From NCBI GenBank assembly GCA_963701965.1, contig OY969695.1, positions 4,352,001 to 4,416,000 of the forward strand: a stretch of 64,000 nucleotides of DNA, in the 5' to 3' direction. This DNA is from an uncultured Gemmatimonadales bacterium. GTDB lineage: Bacteria > Gemmatimonadota > Gemmatimonadetes > Gemmatimonadales > Gemmatimonadaceae. Below the pieces are notes generated by a model. The model was not told the origin of the DNA, did no database searches, and worked only from the letters and a program-made list of their open reading frames with translations. Below, in pieces: positions 1 through 9,386 of the stretch. Each line of letters begins with the position of its first letter. Position 1 is the stretch's first letter. The position numbers and the translations under genes are program-made.

Positions 1-1
1 G

Positions 2-832
2 TTCAAAGCCCGCGGCATGTCTTTGGCCGTCTCCGTCGCCCGCGCGCTCGGCGTCCGCGCCCTGTCGGCGCCATCCGCCGGCAACGCCGCGGGCGCGCTG
101 GCCGCGTACGGGGCCGCCGCCCACATCCCGGTCGTCGTCGCCATGCCGGAGGACACGCCCCGGGCGTTTGTCGAAGAGTGTCGCCTCTTCGGCGCCGAGG
201 TCCATCTCGTGCCCGGCACCATCTCCAATGCCGGCCGCTGGCTGCGCGAAAACGGACCCGCCGATGCCTTCGACGTCTCCACGCTGCGCGAGCCCTATCG
301 CGTCGAAGGCAAGAAGACGATGGCGTATGAGCTGTTCGAGCAGCTCGCCGGCGGTTTGCCCGATGTCATCGTCTATCCAACCGGCGGTGGAACAGGGCTC
401 GTCGGGATGTGGAAGGCGTTCGACGAGATGCGGGCGCTGGGCTGGCTCCCGTCGATGACCCCGCTGCCCCGCTTCGTGTCGGTCCAGGCGGCCGGGTGCG
501 CGCCCGTCGTCCGCGGATTCACGGCCCGCGCCGATCGGACCGAGCCCTGGGTTGGCGCCGAAACGGAAGCCTATGGACTCCGCGTGCCGGCTCCACTCGG
601 AGGATTCATCTGCCTCCGCGCCCTCTACGATACCCGCGGGACGGCCATTGCCATCGAGGAGTCAGCGATCGAGCCGGCGACCCGGGCCCTGGCCGCTCGC
701 TCGGGACTCGACATTTGCCCGGAGGCAGGGGCCGCTTGGGCCGCCTTCGAATGTCTTCGCGAAACGGGCTGGATCGCCCCGCACGAGCGGGTCGTCATCT
801 TCAATACGGGGAGTGGACTCAAATATCGATAG
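2..832 (+). CDS. thrC: Threonine synthase (PLP fold II), 5'-truncated by window edge
   Basis: Frame open from base 2: FKARG (PLP lysine), SAGNAAGALAAY, EGKKTMAYE, YPTGGGTG, FNTGSGLKY. Confidence 0.85.
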   Translation, partial: FKARGMSLAVSVARALGVRALSAPSAGNAAGALAAYGAAAHIPVVVAMPEDTPRAFVEECRLFGAEVHLVPGTISNAGRWLRENGPADAFDVSTLREPYRVEGKKTMAYELFEQLAGGLPDVIVYPTGGGTGLVGMWKAFDEMRALGWLPSMTPLPRFVSVQAAGCAPVVRGFTARADRTEPWVGAETEAYGLRVPAPLGGFICLRALYDTRGTAIAIEESAIEPATRALAARSGLDICPEAGAAWAAFECLRETGWIAPHERVVIFNTGSGLKYR

Positions 833-964
833 CACGCTATCTCGTTGGCCGCCGTCGAGTTGGGCCATGTTGTCGCGCGCTGGCCGGTTTGGGGCGGTAG
901 GTGTATGTTACGAGCGCTATACAACCCCGAGAGCCTGTGAAATCCAGCACACGACCGTACCACG

Positions 965-2188
965 ATGAGAATGGCGGAGGCAGCCCCCTCGGTGCCGGTG
1001 GCCGCGTCATCGGACGTCTTTGCGAAGACGCGCGAGTTCACGCGACTAGCCGAAGTCAAAGAGGCTGGGCTGTATCCGTATTTCATCCCGACCGAGGCCT
1101 CGACTGGTACCGAGGTCATGGTCGAGGGGAAACGGCGTGTGATGATCGGGTCCAACAATTATCTCGGACTGACCCACGATCCGCGGGTCATCGCCGCCGC
1201 TCAGGCGGCGATTGCCAAATATGGCAGCGCCTGTACGGGGAGTCGCTTCCTGAACGGCAACACGGACCTGCACGATCGGATCGAGGTACGCCTCGCCGCG
1301 CTAACCGGAAAAGAGGCCGGTCTCGTTTTCTCCACCGGTTTCCAGACGAACCTGGGCGTGATCTCCACGCTGGTCGGCCGTAGCGACACGGCTTACATCG
1401 ACAAGCTCGATCACGCCAGCATCGTCGACGGCTGCTTTCTCGCGGCCGGCGATACCGTGCGCTTCCGGCACGGCGATCTCGCGGAGCTGGAGACCAAGCT
1501 CCAGCGCGCCAAGCCGGGCGGCAAGTTGATCGTCGTCGACGGCGTGTTCAGCATGGAAGGGGACATCGTCGATCTCCCCCGCCTCGTGCGGATCTGCCAG
1601 CAGTACGATGCGCGCCTCGTCATCGATGACGCGCACTCCGTCGGCGTCCTCGGCGCTACCGGCGCCGGCACGGCGGAGCACTTCGGGCTGACGGACCAGG
1701 TGGACCTCATCGTCGGCACGTTCAGCAAATCGTTCGCGTCGATCGGTGGCTTCGTCACCGGCGACCGCCCGGTCATCGACTATCTCAAGCACCATGCCCG
1801 CGCGTTGATCTTCAGCGCGTCCATGCCGCCCTCGGCTTGCGCGGCCGTGCTCACGTGCCTCGACATCATGGAGGCGGAGCCGGAACGGCGTCTCCGGCTG
1901 TGGGAGAATGCCGACTACATGCGCGCGGGACTGCGGTCGCTGGGCTATGATACCGGCGTCAGCGAGACGCCGATCGTCCCGGTGCTGATCGGCAACGATC
2001 TGCTCACGTTTCATTTCTGGCGCTCGCTGTTCGACCACGGCGTGTTCACCAACCCGGTGGTGGCGCCCGCGGTCCCCGAGAAAGAATCGCGGATCCGGAC
2101 GTCCTATTCGGCCACGCACACGCGCGATCAGCTGGACTTCGTGCTCGAGGTGTTCGCCAAAGTCGGCCGGGCGGCGGGCGTCATCTGA
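965..2188 (+). CDS. spt: Serine palmitoyltransferase-like alpha-oxoamine synthase (PLP class II)
   Basis: GSNNYLGL, GSRFLNG, DHASIVDG, DDAHSVG, GTFSKSFASIGG; followed directly by bCerS-like and CerR-like genes, which favours Spt over BioF/Kbl. Confidence 0.75.
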   Translation: MRMAEAAPSVPVAASSDVFAKTREFTRLAEVKEAGLYPYFIPTEASTGTEVMVEGKRRVMIGSNNYLGLTHDPRVIAAAQAAIAKYGSACTGSRFLNGNTDLHDRIEVRLAALTGKEAGLVFSTGFQTNLGVISTLVGRSDTAYIDKLDHASIVDGCFLAAGDTVRFRHGDLAELETKLQRAKPGGKLIVVDGVFSMEGDIVDLPRLVRICQQYDARLVIDDAHSVGVLGATGAGTAEHFGLTDQVDLIVGTFSKSFASIGGFVTGDRPVIDYLKHHARALIFSASMPPSACAAVLTCLDIMEAEPERRLRLWENADYMRAGLRSLGYDTGVSETPIVPVLIGNDLLTFHFWRSLFDHGVFTNPVVAPAVPEKESRIRTSYSATHTRDQLDFVLEVFAKVGRAAGVI

Positions 2189-2205
2189 GCACGGCAACGC
2201 CCGTC

Positions 2206-3318
2206 ATGGTCTCGGCGGCGCGTTCCGACGCCGACCGCGCGGCCTTCATCGAGCTCCCGTATCGCCTGTATCGGGGCAACGCGCAGTGGATCCCGCCGCT
2301 CCGCCGCGATGTCGCCCACATGCTGTCACCGACCCACCCGTTCTATCAGCACGCCCAGGCCGAACTCTTTCTGGCGCGCGACGGGGACGGCACCGTGGTC
2401 GGCCGCGTGGCCGCGATCAAGAACGACGCGCACACCGCGGAACATGGCGACGGCGTCGGATTTTTCGGATTTTTCGAGTCGGAGCGCGACCCGGCCGTCG
2501 CGGCGGCGTTGTTCAATGCTGCCCGCGCCTGGCTCGCCGCCCGCGGACTCACGGTCATGCGGGGCCCCGTGAGTCCGTCGATCAATGACGAAGTGGGTCT
2601 CCTGGTGGATGGATTCGACCACCCGCCGGTCGTCATGATGCCGTACAATCCACCCACGTACGCCGAGCTCATCGAATCCTACGGGTTCAAGAAGGCCAAG
2701 GATCTCATCGCGTACTTGCACGTCAAGGAATCCACCGACGTCGATCGCGTCGTGCGCGCGGCGGACATTCTGGCCAAGCGCAACAAGATCGTGGTGCGAC
2801 CGCTGAACCTGAAGCACTTCCAGGCGGAAGTCGATCGCGTGCGGTTCCTGTACAACACGGCCTGGGAAGCGAACTGGGGGGCCGTGCCCATGACCGACGC
2901 CGAATTCGCCGATCTGGCCAAACAACTCAAGCCCGTCGTCGTCCCGGAGCTCGTCGCGTTCGGCGAAGTGGACGGTCAGCTCGCGGGCTTCGCGCTGGCG
3001 CTGCCGGACCTCAACGTGGCGCTCAAGCACATGGACGGCCGGTTGTTTCCGTTCGGCTGGGCCAAGGCGCTCTGGTACAGCCGCAAAGTGCCGGGCCTCC
3101 GCGTGCTGACGCTCGGTGTCCTGCCGCAGTACCGCCGCACCGGTCTCGCCGAGCTGCTCTACCTGGCGATCGTCCGCAACGGTCTGGCCCGCGGCATGGT
3201 GTACGGGGAATCGTCCTGGATTCTGGAGGACAATTTCTTGATGCGGCAAGCGATCGAGAAGATCGGCGGACGGGCATACAAGACGTATCGCCTCTACGAC
3301 GTGCCGATCAGGAGCTGA
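2206..3318 (+). CDS. bcerS: GNAT-fold N-acyltransferase, bacterial ceramide synthase-like
   Basis: 370 aa; FIELPYRLY..WIPPL, GFFGFFES, GLLVDGFD..MMPYNPPTY, WEANWGAVP, ESSWILEDN; lies between spt and an SDR. Confidence 0.7.
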   Translation: MVSAARSDADRAAFIELPYRLYRGNAQWIPPLRRDVAHMLSPTHPFYQHAQAELFLARDGDGTVVGRVAAIKNDAHTAEHGDGVGFFGFFESERDPAVAAALFNAARAWLAARGLTVMRGPVSPSINDEVGLLVDGFDHPPVVMMPYNPPTYAELIESYGFKKAKDLIAYLHVKESTDVDRVVRAADILAKRNKIVVRPLNLKHFQAEVDRVRFLYNTAWEANWGAVPMTDAEFADLAKQLKPVVVPELVAFGEVDGQLAGFALALPDLNVALKHMDGRLFPFGWAKALWYSRKVPGLRVLTLGVLPQYRRTGLAELLYLAIVRNGLARGMVYGESSWILEDNFLMRQAIEKIGGRAYKTYRLYDVPIRS

Positions 3319-4301
3319 CGATCGCGGCTCGTGAACGCTCGGCGCTGATCACGGGCGCCAGCGGGTTCGTGGGAGGCCACCTCGCCGAAGCGCTGCTCGC
3401 CGACGGCTGGCGCGTGCGATGCCTCGTGCGGCGCGACAGCAACACCCGCTGGCTTCCGAAAGACCGCGTGGAACTGGCCGTGGGCGAGATCGCGCCCGGG
3501 CCCGCGCTCGACGCCGCGATACGCGGCACCTCCACGGTGTTCCACCTGGCCGGTCTGACATCGGCCCGCCACCCCGCCGACTACACGCGCATCAATGTCG
3601 GCTGCACGCAAGCGGTGCTCGACGCGATGCGCGCCGGCGCCCCGGATGCGACGCTGGTCTTCTGCTCGAGCCTGTCCGCCGCCGGCCCCGCGCGCGAAGG
3701 GCGCCCGTTGAAGGAGACAGACGCGCCGCAGCCTATTGGCCCCTACGGCGTGTCGAAGCTGGCCGCCGAGCGGCTCATCATCGCCAGCGAGCTGCGGCAC
3801 GTGATCGTGCGTCCGCCCGCCGTCTACGGTCCGCGGGACGCGGACATCCTGTTCGCGTTTCGGCTGGCGTCGGCGGGCGTCGCCATCCGCATTGGCCCGC
3901 GGGGCCAGAAGCTCTCCCTCGTCCACGTGCGCGACCTGGCCGCGGGGTTTCTGGCCGCCGCCGCGGCGACGCACGCCCGCGGCGTGTACTACGTGAGCGG
4001 GGATACCCACGCCTGGGAAGAGATCGTTGGGGGTATCGGGGCCGCGGTGGGACGCCGGGCCCGCGTGATCGGCCTCCCGCGGCCTCTCGTGCGGACCGCG
4101 GCGCGGCTCAACCGCCTCGCGGCGCGCATCATCGGCGCCAAGCCGCTGCTCACGCCGGAGCGCGTCAATGATCTGGTCCAGCCTGACTGGAGCTGCGACA
4201 ATGGGCGCGCCCGCCGCGAGCTGGGCTACCTGTCCGGTGTCCCTTTGACCGAGGGGCTCAACGAGACGGCGGCGTGGTATCGGCAGAACGGCTGGTTGTA
4301 A
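3315..4301 (+). CDS. cerR: NAD(P)-dependent epimerase/dehydratase (extended SDR), ceramide reductase CerR-like; probable CTG start
   Basis: LITGASGFVGG Rossmann motif lies upstream of the ORF-track start; YGVSK catalytic motif; in-frame CTG at 3315 overlaps the upstream TGA (CTGA). Confidence 0.65.
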   Translation: MTIAARERSALITGASGFVGGHLAEALLADGWRVRCLVRRDSNTRWLPKDRVELAVGEIAPGPALDAAIRGTSTVFHLAGLTSARHPADYTRINVGCTQAVLDAMRAGAPDATLVFCSSLSAAGPAREGRPLKETDAPQPIGPYGVSKLAAERLIIASELRHVIVRPPAVYGPRDADILFAFRLASAGVAIRIGPRGQKLSLVHVRDLAAGFLAAAAATHARGVYYVSGDTHAWEEIVGGIGAAVGRRARVIGLPRPLVRTAARLNRLAARIIGAKPLLTPERVNDLVQPDWSCDNGRARRELGYLSGVPLTEGLNETAAWYRQNGWL

Positions 4302-5250
4302 CCCACACCAGCGTCAACCCGATCGCGATCCAGATCATCTCGCGGATGCGGCTCACGATCGAGGCGTAGACGCCGAGGTCGGCGGGAAGCCCCAACAAAT
4401 GGAAGATGAGTGAGAGGCCGCCTTCCTTCGATCCCAGCTCGAACGGGACGAAGAAGGTCACGTTGGTGATGAACTGGGCGAACGCGCCGATGGTGAACGC
4501 TGTCAGATAGTCGATCTCCAGGCCCATGGCCCGGGCAATGAACAGGTACTCGAGCATCGACACCGCGCGCCCCAGATACTCGGCGCCCAGCGCGATGTAG
4601 ATACTGCGCCGGTCGTGCACCGCCATGGCCGTGAGCTGCTCGTCGATGCCGATCAGCGCCGCGCGGCGCGGCTCGAGCCGCCGGGCTGCGATCCGTAGCA
4701 CTGGCACGCGGGCCGCGCCGTCGAGGAGCCGCACCACGAATCCGTGGCGAAAAAACCCGCCCAGCACCACGAAGATCGTGGTGAACGCGGCGGTCAGCAC
4801 GACGAGCGAGAGCGTCGTTGCCCGCGAGTGCGGCAGCAGGAGGAACGCGAGCGGCATCGCCGAGATCCAGAACAGGATCTGGCCGAGGGTGTGGATCACG
4901 CGAAAGCTCACGACCGATGCCGCCGACCGCGCCGCGCCGACCCACGGCGTGGCCGCCGCGACGCGAAACGGCTCGCCGCCGAGCGCGACCACCGGTGTCA
5001 CGTAGTTGATCGCGAAACTCGCGACGTTGATCGCGTAGGCGCGCCCGAAGGGCACGGCGTTTCCCATGACCCGCCGCCAGGCGATCGTGTTGAGCACGTA
5101 CACGACGCCCCACGCCAACACGGACGGCAGGATCGCCCACTTCGCCTCGGCGAGCGTCCGGAGCAGTCCGGGCAGCCCCGCGTGGTAAATCAGGAAAATG
5201 AATACGGCCGCCGCGCTGACGAAGACCAGCGCCTGGAGGCGGCGGCTCAC
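4258..5250 (-). CDS. Lysylphosphatidylglycerol synthase TM / flippase-like membrane protein
   Basis: Multiple hydrophobic segments, NYVTPVVALGGEP, FFVPFELGSKEGG, SRIREMIW; GTG at 5250 overlaps upstream TGA (GTGA). Confidence 0.75.
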   Translation of the reverse strand: MSRRLQALVFVSAAAVFIFLIYHAGLPGLLRTLAEAKWAILPSVLAWGVVYVLNTIAWRRVMGNAVPFGRAYAINVASFAINYVTPVVALGGEPFRVAAATPWVGAARSAASVVSFRVIHTLGQILFWISAMPLAFLLLPHSRATTLSLVVLTAAFTTIFVVLGGFFRHGFVVRLLDGAARVPVLRIAARRLEPRRAALIGIDEQLTAMAVHDRRSIYIALGAEYLGRAVSMLEYLFIARAMGLEIDYLTAFTIGAFAQFITNVTFFVPFELGSKEGGLSLIFHLLGLPADLGVYASIVSRIREMIWIAIGLTLVWVTTSRSADTTPPSR

Positions 5251-6322
5251 GATCGCACGTCGATCTGACTCACGTCCACCTGACTCACGTCCACCTGACT
5301 CACGTCCACCTGACAGCCGGTGGGCGCTGACTCGTACGCGGCCTCGAGGACCGCGGCGATACGCGTGATGTCGTCGAGCGCGGCGTCGGCTTCGCCGCGG
5401 TCGAGCGCGTCGGCGAAGGTGCGAAAGAGCGCCGTGAACCAACCGGCGTAGGCGCGCTTGTCGAGCTGGGCGCTGAAATCGTGCGACACCCGCTGCGGCG
5501 CGGCGCGTCCGGCGTCGCGTTCCAGCGTCAGGATCCCGCCCAACCAATCGATCGTCCCGCGCTCGCCAATGATCCGCACGCGGTTCTCCCGGTGGCTCGC
5601 CGCCCAGGTCAGGAAGAGCGTGGAGAGACGGTCGTCGAACTGGATCACGAGCTGCGCGCTGTCCTCGACCCCGTAGCCATGGTGGCGTAGGCGCCCCGTC
5701 CAGGCCCGCACCGATCGTGGCTCCCCCGCGAGATCGAACAGCGAATACAGCAGGTGGGTGCCGTGGTCGAGCAGGATGCCGCCGCCGCTATCGGATTGCA
5801 CGACGCGCCAGGGCTGGGCATCGCGCGAGGTGCCGCTGTCGGCTCCGGTGCGGTAGACCGACAGCTCGGCCAATGCCAGCGGCCGATCATGTCCTCGTCG
5901 ATCCATTGACGGATCTGCTGCCAGACCGGATTGAAGCGATACTGGTGGCACGGGAAGACAATGCGGCGCGCGCGCCGCGCGGCCGCGACCAATCGCTCGG
6001 CGTCAGCCCGCGTCGTAGCGACCGGCTTTTCGCAGAGCACATGGAGGCCATGCTCGAGTGCCCACAGGGCGAGCGGCATGTGCGACGCGCTCGGCGTGCA
6101 GACGTCGACGAAGTCGAGGGGCCCGCTGGCTAACAAGGCGTCCGGCGTCCGTACGATCGCGATGCCGTCGAGCGGGCCGACGTTGGGGTCGGCGTCGAGG
6201 GCGGCGACAATCCCGAGACGACTGGCGAGACTCTCGTCCTGGCGGAATCCGGGCAGGTGGGCCGTGCGGGCAATGCCACCAGCGCCGATCAGCGCACCGC
6301 GATAGGGCCCGCTAGTCCGCAC
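5247..6322 (-). CDS. Gfo/Idh/MocA family oxidoreductase, split by a 1-nt frameshift near 5872
   Basis: N-half: IGAGGIA, HVLCEKP, HQYRFNP; C-half in another frame: GGGILLDHGTH, VEDSA; adding one T (CAT TTG GCC GAG) joins them. Confidence 0.8.
5265..5314. repeat. 15-bp tandem repeat CTGACTCACGTCCAC x3.3 (encodes QVDVS repeats)
   Basis: Copies start at 5265, 5280 and 5295, with a partial copy at 5310. Confidence 0.9.
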
Positions 6323-7205
6323 CAACAGGCTCCGCGCGGGTCGCGTCGACTGTGCGGTCGGCGTCGGCGAGCACGCGAACGGCAGCCCGCTCGGTGTCAA
6401 TGACGAGGAAGATCAGGGCGAGATTCAAAGGAAGAATGGTGATCCACAGCATACCCGCTGGCCATCCGGGCACCGCGGTGACCAGCAGCAGCGCCCAGCG
6501 CGCATTCTGCCCGAGCCACCCGCACCGCGCGACCAACGGCTCGGCGGCAGCCTGATAGACCGCGCGCACGCGATCCGGCAAGCCTTCGCGTCGCCGCCGG
6601 CGCTCCAGACGCACGGACATGGGGAAGATGTGGGCCTGGCGGCGGACGTACGCCGCGAAGAGGCGTGCGGGCAGCGCCCTGCCGGTGGCATCCTCCGGTA
6701 GCTCCAGTTCGCTGCCGCCGCTGTCCCCATCGACCACCGACAGAAACGCGTGCCGGATGAAATCGACCGCGGCGCTTTGCCACGAGTGGCTGACCACCGC
6801 GGCCAACACCAGGCCTCCGGCCGCCATCCATGGCCAACCGCCGTGCACGATCAGCCGGGCCAGGATATGTCCGTAGAGACTCGCGAACCGGGCGTTGTCG
6901 GCCAGTCCATCGAGGATCCGTCCCATGCGCGTCGACGTCCCCCTGATGCGCGCCAGTTGGCCGTCGGCGCTGTCCAGGATGTCGGAGACGATGAAGAGCG
7001 CCCACCCCAGGGCGTTGATCGCCGGGCTCGTGTAGTAGAAGAGGTGCCCGGCGACCAGCCCGATCACCAGGCTCCACATGGTCACCTGATCGGCCGAGAC
7101 GGGCGTCGGCGCCAGCGCACGGGCCAGCCGCACGCCTATGGGCCGAAAGAAGTGGAGATCGATCCACTCCTCGACCGCTTCGCCCTTCGTCGCCAGATCG
7201 GTCAC
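6312..7205 (-). CDS. CDP-alcohol phosphatidyltransferase family protein
   Basis: Signature DILDSADGQLARIRGTSTRMGRILDGLAD; TM helices; GTGA overlap with the aminotransferase stop. Confidence 0.9.
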   Translation of the reverse strand: MTDLATKGEAVEEWIDLHFFRPIGVRLARALAPTPVSADQVTMWSLVIGLVAGHLFYYTSPAINALGWALFIVSDILDSADGQLARIRGTSTRMGRILDGLADNARFASLYGHILARLIVHGGWPWMAAGGLVLAAVVSHSWQSAAVDFIRHAFLSVVDGDSGGSELELPEDATGRALPARLFAAYVRRQAHIFPMSVRLERRRRREGLPDRVRAVYQAAAEPLVARCGWLGQNARWALLLVTAVPGWPAGMLWITILPLNLALIFLVIDTERAAVRVLADADRTVDATRAEPVGAD

Positions 7206-8542
7206 GCCTTGAATCGCTCCGCCGCCTCGACCAGCACGCCCTTCATCGTCGCCAACGCGCCCATGGCCTGTTCGGTCGTGATCACGAGCGGCGGGTTGAT
7301 CCGCACCTCGGGATTGTAGACCATGGCCAGCACGCCGCGCGCCAGCAGCGTATCGAAGATCCACCGGGCCTGATCCTTGGGGAGCAGCTTGCTGGTGCCG
7401 GGCTGCACGAGATCCATGCCGATCATGAGCCCCCGTCCGCGCACGGCGCTCACGATGGGCACGTCGCGCTCCCAGGATTTCATCTCGGCCATCATCGCAT
7501 CGCCCAGGGTCCGGCTGTGCTCGACGAGCCCCTCTTCGAGAATGGTCTCGATGCTGATGCGGGCCGCGGCTGCGGCCAGCGGATTGCCGCCATAGCTCGA
7601 AGAGCTCCCGCTGGGATTGGCCCACGGCTTGGCCCGGGCGACTTCCTCACGCGCAATGACACCCGTCATCGGGAACCCGCCACCGAACCCCTTGCCGATC
7701 GTCATGATGTCCGGCAGCACCCCATCGTGTTCGATGGCGAACATGGTGCCCGTACGCCCGAAACCGGTCAGCATCTCGTCGGCGATCAGCATCGCGCCAA
7801 TGCGATCCGCAAGACTCCGCAACATGCGCAGATAGCCGGGCGGGGGCACGATGTTGCCCGCCGTTCCCTGGATCGGCTCGACGATGATGGCGGCGACGTC
7901 GTTGGACGTCTCCAGCTCGATCTTCTTGCGCAAGAACTCGACGCAGTGCCACTCGCACGACGGAAAGGTCTTGTCGAACGCGCACCGCGCGCATGACGCG
8001 TACGGGGAGCTGTAGGTCCCGGGCATGAGGGGCCCGAGCTGGTGCTTGAAGTTCGAGCCGAGGAGCGGCAGGACGCCCGCGGTCTTCCCGTGGAACCCAC
8101 CCCAGAAGCCGATGAACTCCGTCTTGCCGGTGTACGACTTGGCCAGGCGGAACGCCGACTCCACGGCTTCGGCGCCGCTGCTGTACAGCTGCGTGCGATT
8201 CAGGTCCCCGGGCGTATTCTCGGCGATGAGCCGGACGAGGGCGACCCGGTGCTCCGATGTAAAGCTCCCGACGTGGATCCGGGCCACCTGGCGCTGCATC
8301 GCGGCGACGAATTTCGGGTGGGCATAGCCCAGACTGGCGACGCCGACTCCGGCCAGCAGGTCGGTGTAGCGCTTGCCGTCGACATCGATCAGCACGGCGC
8401 CTTCGCCGCGGTCGATGCACAGCTTGGAGAAGAGCGCCACGCTCTGCGTGCCCGGCGCGAGATAAGCGGATTCCGCATCGAACGCGGCCAGGGACTTGGG
8501 GCCGGCCGCGGTCTCTGGTCTTGGGTCCACAATCAACGTCAC
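7202..8542 (-). CDS. Class-III PLP aminotransferase
   Basis: SGAEAVESA, GFHGKT, IVEPIQG, LIADEMLTGFGRTG, DIMTIGKGFGGG, SYGGNPLA; start inferred at GTG 8542. Confidence 0.9.
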   Translation of the reverse strand: MTLIVDPRPETAAGPKSLAAFDAESAYLAPGTQSVALFSKLCIDRGEGAVLIDVDGKRYTDLLAGVGVASLGYAHPKFVAAMQRQVARIHVGSFTSEHRVALVRLIAENTPGDLNRTQLYSSGAEAVESAFRLAKSYTGKTEFIGFWGGFHGKTAGVLPLLGSNFKHQLGPLMPGTYSSPYASCARCAFDKTFPSCEWHCVEFLRKKIELETSNDVAAIIVEPIQGTAGNIVPPPGYLRMLRSLADRIGAMLIADEMLTGFGRTGTMFAIEHDGVLPDIMTIGKGFGGGFPMTGVIAREEVARAKPWANPSGSSSSYGGNPLAAAAARISIETILEEGLVEHSRTLGDAMMAEMKSWERDVPIVSAVRGRGLMIGMDLVQPGTSKLLPKDQARWIFDTLLARGVLAMVYNPEVRINPPLVITTEQAMGALATMKGVLVEAAERFKA

Positions 8543-8546
8543 AGCG

Positions 8547-9386
8547 CTACGTCCTGGGGTGGAAGTGTTCGTGCAAGTAGTCGGCGATCTGGCGCGCCGC
8601 GTCCTCGCGATACGGCGCAAAGCTCGGCCAGTCGTTGAGATCAATCAACACGGGCCGATCCGGTTCCGGAAACGCCACGTCGCCGCCAAACACCGTGAGC
8701 TTGAGCCGCGCCGCGGCGGCGAATGCCAACTCTTGGAGGCGTTGCTCATCGACCGCCGACTTCGGCCCCTTGGGCCCGTGCTCGGCGTCATACCACTGAA
8801 AGAACCGTCCGTCGGCCACGCCATAAAACTTGACGATCGGCCCGGCGACGTGCTCCTGGAGGGCCACGCGGGCAATGCCGCGCGCCGCAAACGCGCGCAG
8901 CGCGTCGCCGATCTCTTCGCGACGCAGGGACACCACGTCCTCGTTCCGCTCGGCGTGCACGTCGCCGCGCTTGACCCAGACGCGCCTGCCGTCGGCGCCG
9001 AAGCCGTCCAGCTCCGCGTCGCCCGTGGTCGGCACGATGGCGGTGCGGGGGAACGCGATCGCATGGTCCGCCAAGAGCGCGACCAGCCGATGCCGGTGGC
9101 AGGCCAGGACGCTGCTCGGCCGATTGACGATGGCCACGCCATCCTTCTCCAGCGGCACCAACCGCTCGGAGGCTGCCGGTCCCTGGCACATGTTGAGCAC
9201 GAGATCGGCGCCGGCAATGAGATCGAGCACGCGGCCGTCGACGATGTCATCCTCGCCCGCCCGGACCGCGCAATACCCGCGCATCTCGAGGTGGGCCACG
9301 GTGGCATCGAGTATCGCCGTGTCGTTCGTCCGATGCTGATTGGGCGAATACGACGCCTGCCGGTACAGCGCAACCACCTGCTTCAC
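8547..9386 (-). CDS. ATP-grasp fold hypothetical protein (ITPK1-like C-terminal motifs)
   Basis: VWVKRGD, LQEHVAGPIVKFYGV, VFGGDVAF..VLIDLNDWPSF resemble ATP-grasp nucleotide/metal-binding motifs. Confidence 0.6.
   Translation of the reverse strand: MKQVVALYRQASYSPNQHRTNDTAILDATVAHLEMRGYCAVRAGEDDIVDGRVLDLIAGADLVLNMCQGPAASERLVPLEKDGVAIVNRPSSVLACHRHRLVALLADHAIAFPRTAIVPTTGDAELDGFGADGRRVWVKRGDVHAERNEDVVSLRREEIGDALRAFAARGIARVALQEHVAGPIVKFYGVADGRFFQWYDAEHGPKGPKSAVDEQRLQELAFAAAARLKLTVFGGDVAFPEPDRPVLIDLNDWPSFAPYREDAARQIADYLHEHFHPRT

Noticed and set aside
965..2188. Annotation as bioF (8-amino-7-oxononanoate synthase)
   Set aside because: Same family, but there are no biotin genes nearby and the neighbours fit bCerS/CerR; Spt is preferred though not proven.
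7202..8542. Annotation as gabT serving the polyamine cluster
   Set aside because: It lies 30 kb away and is translationally coupled inside a lipid operon; substrate left unassigned.
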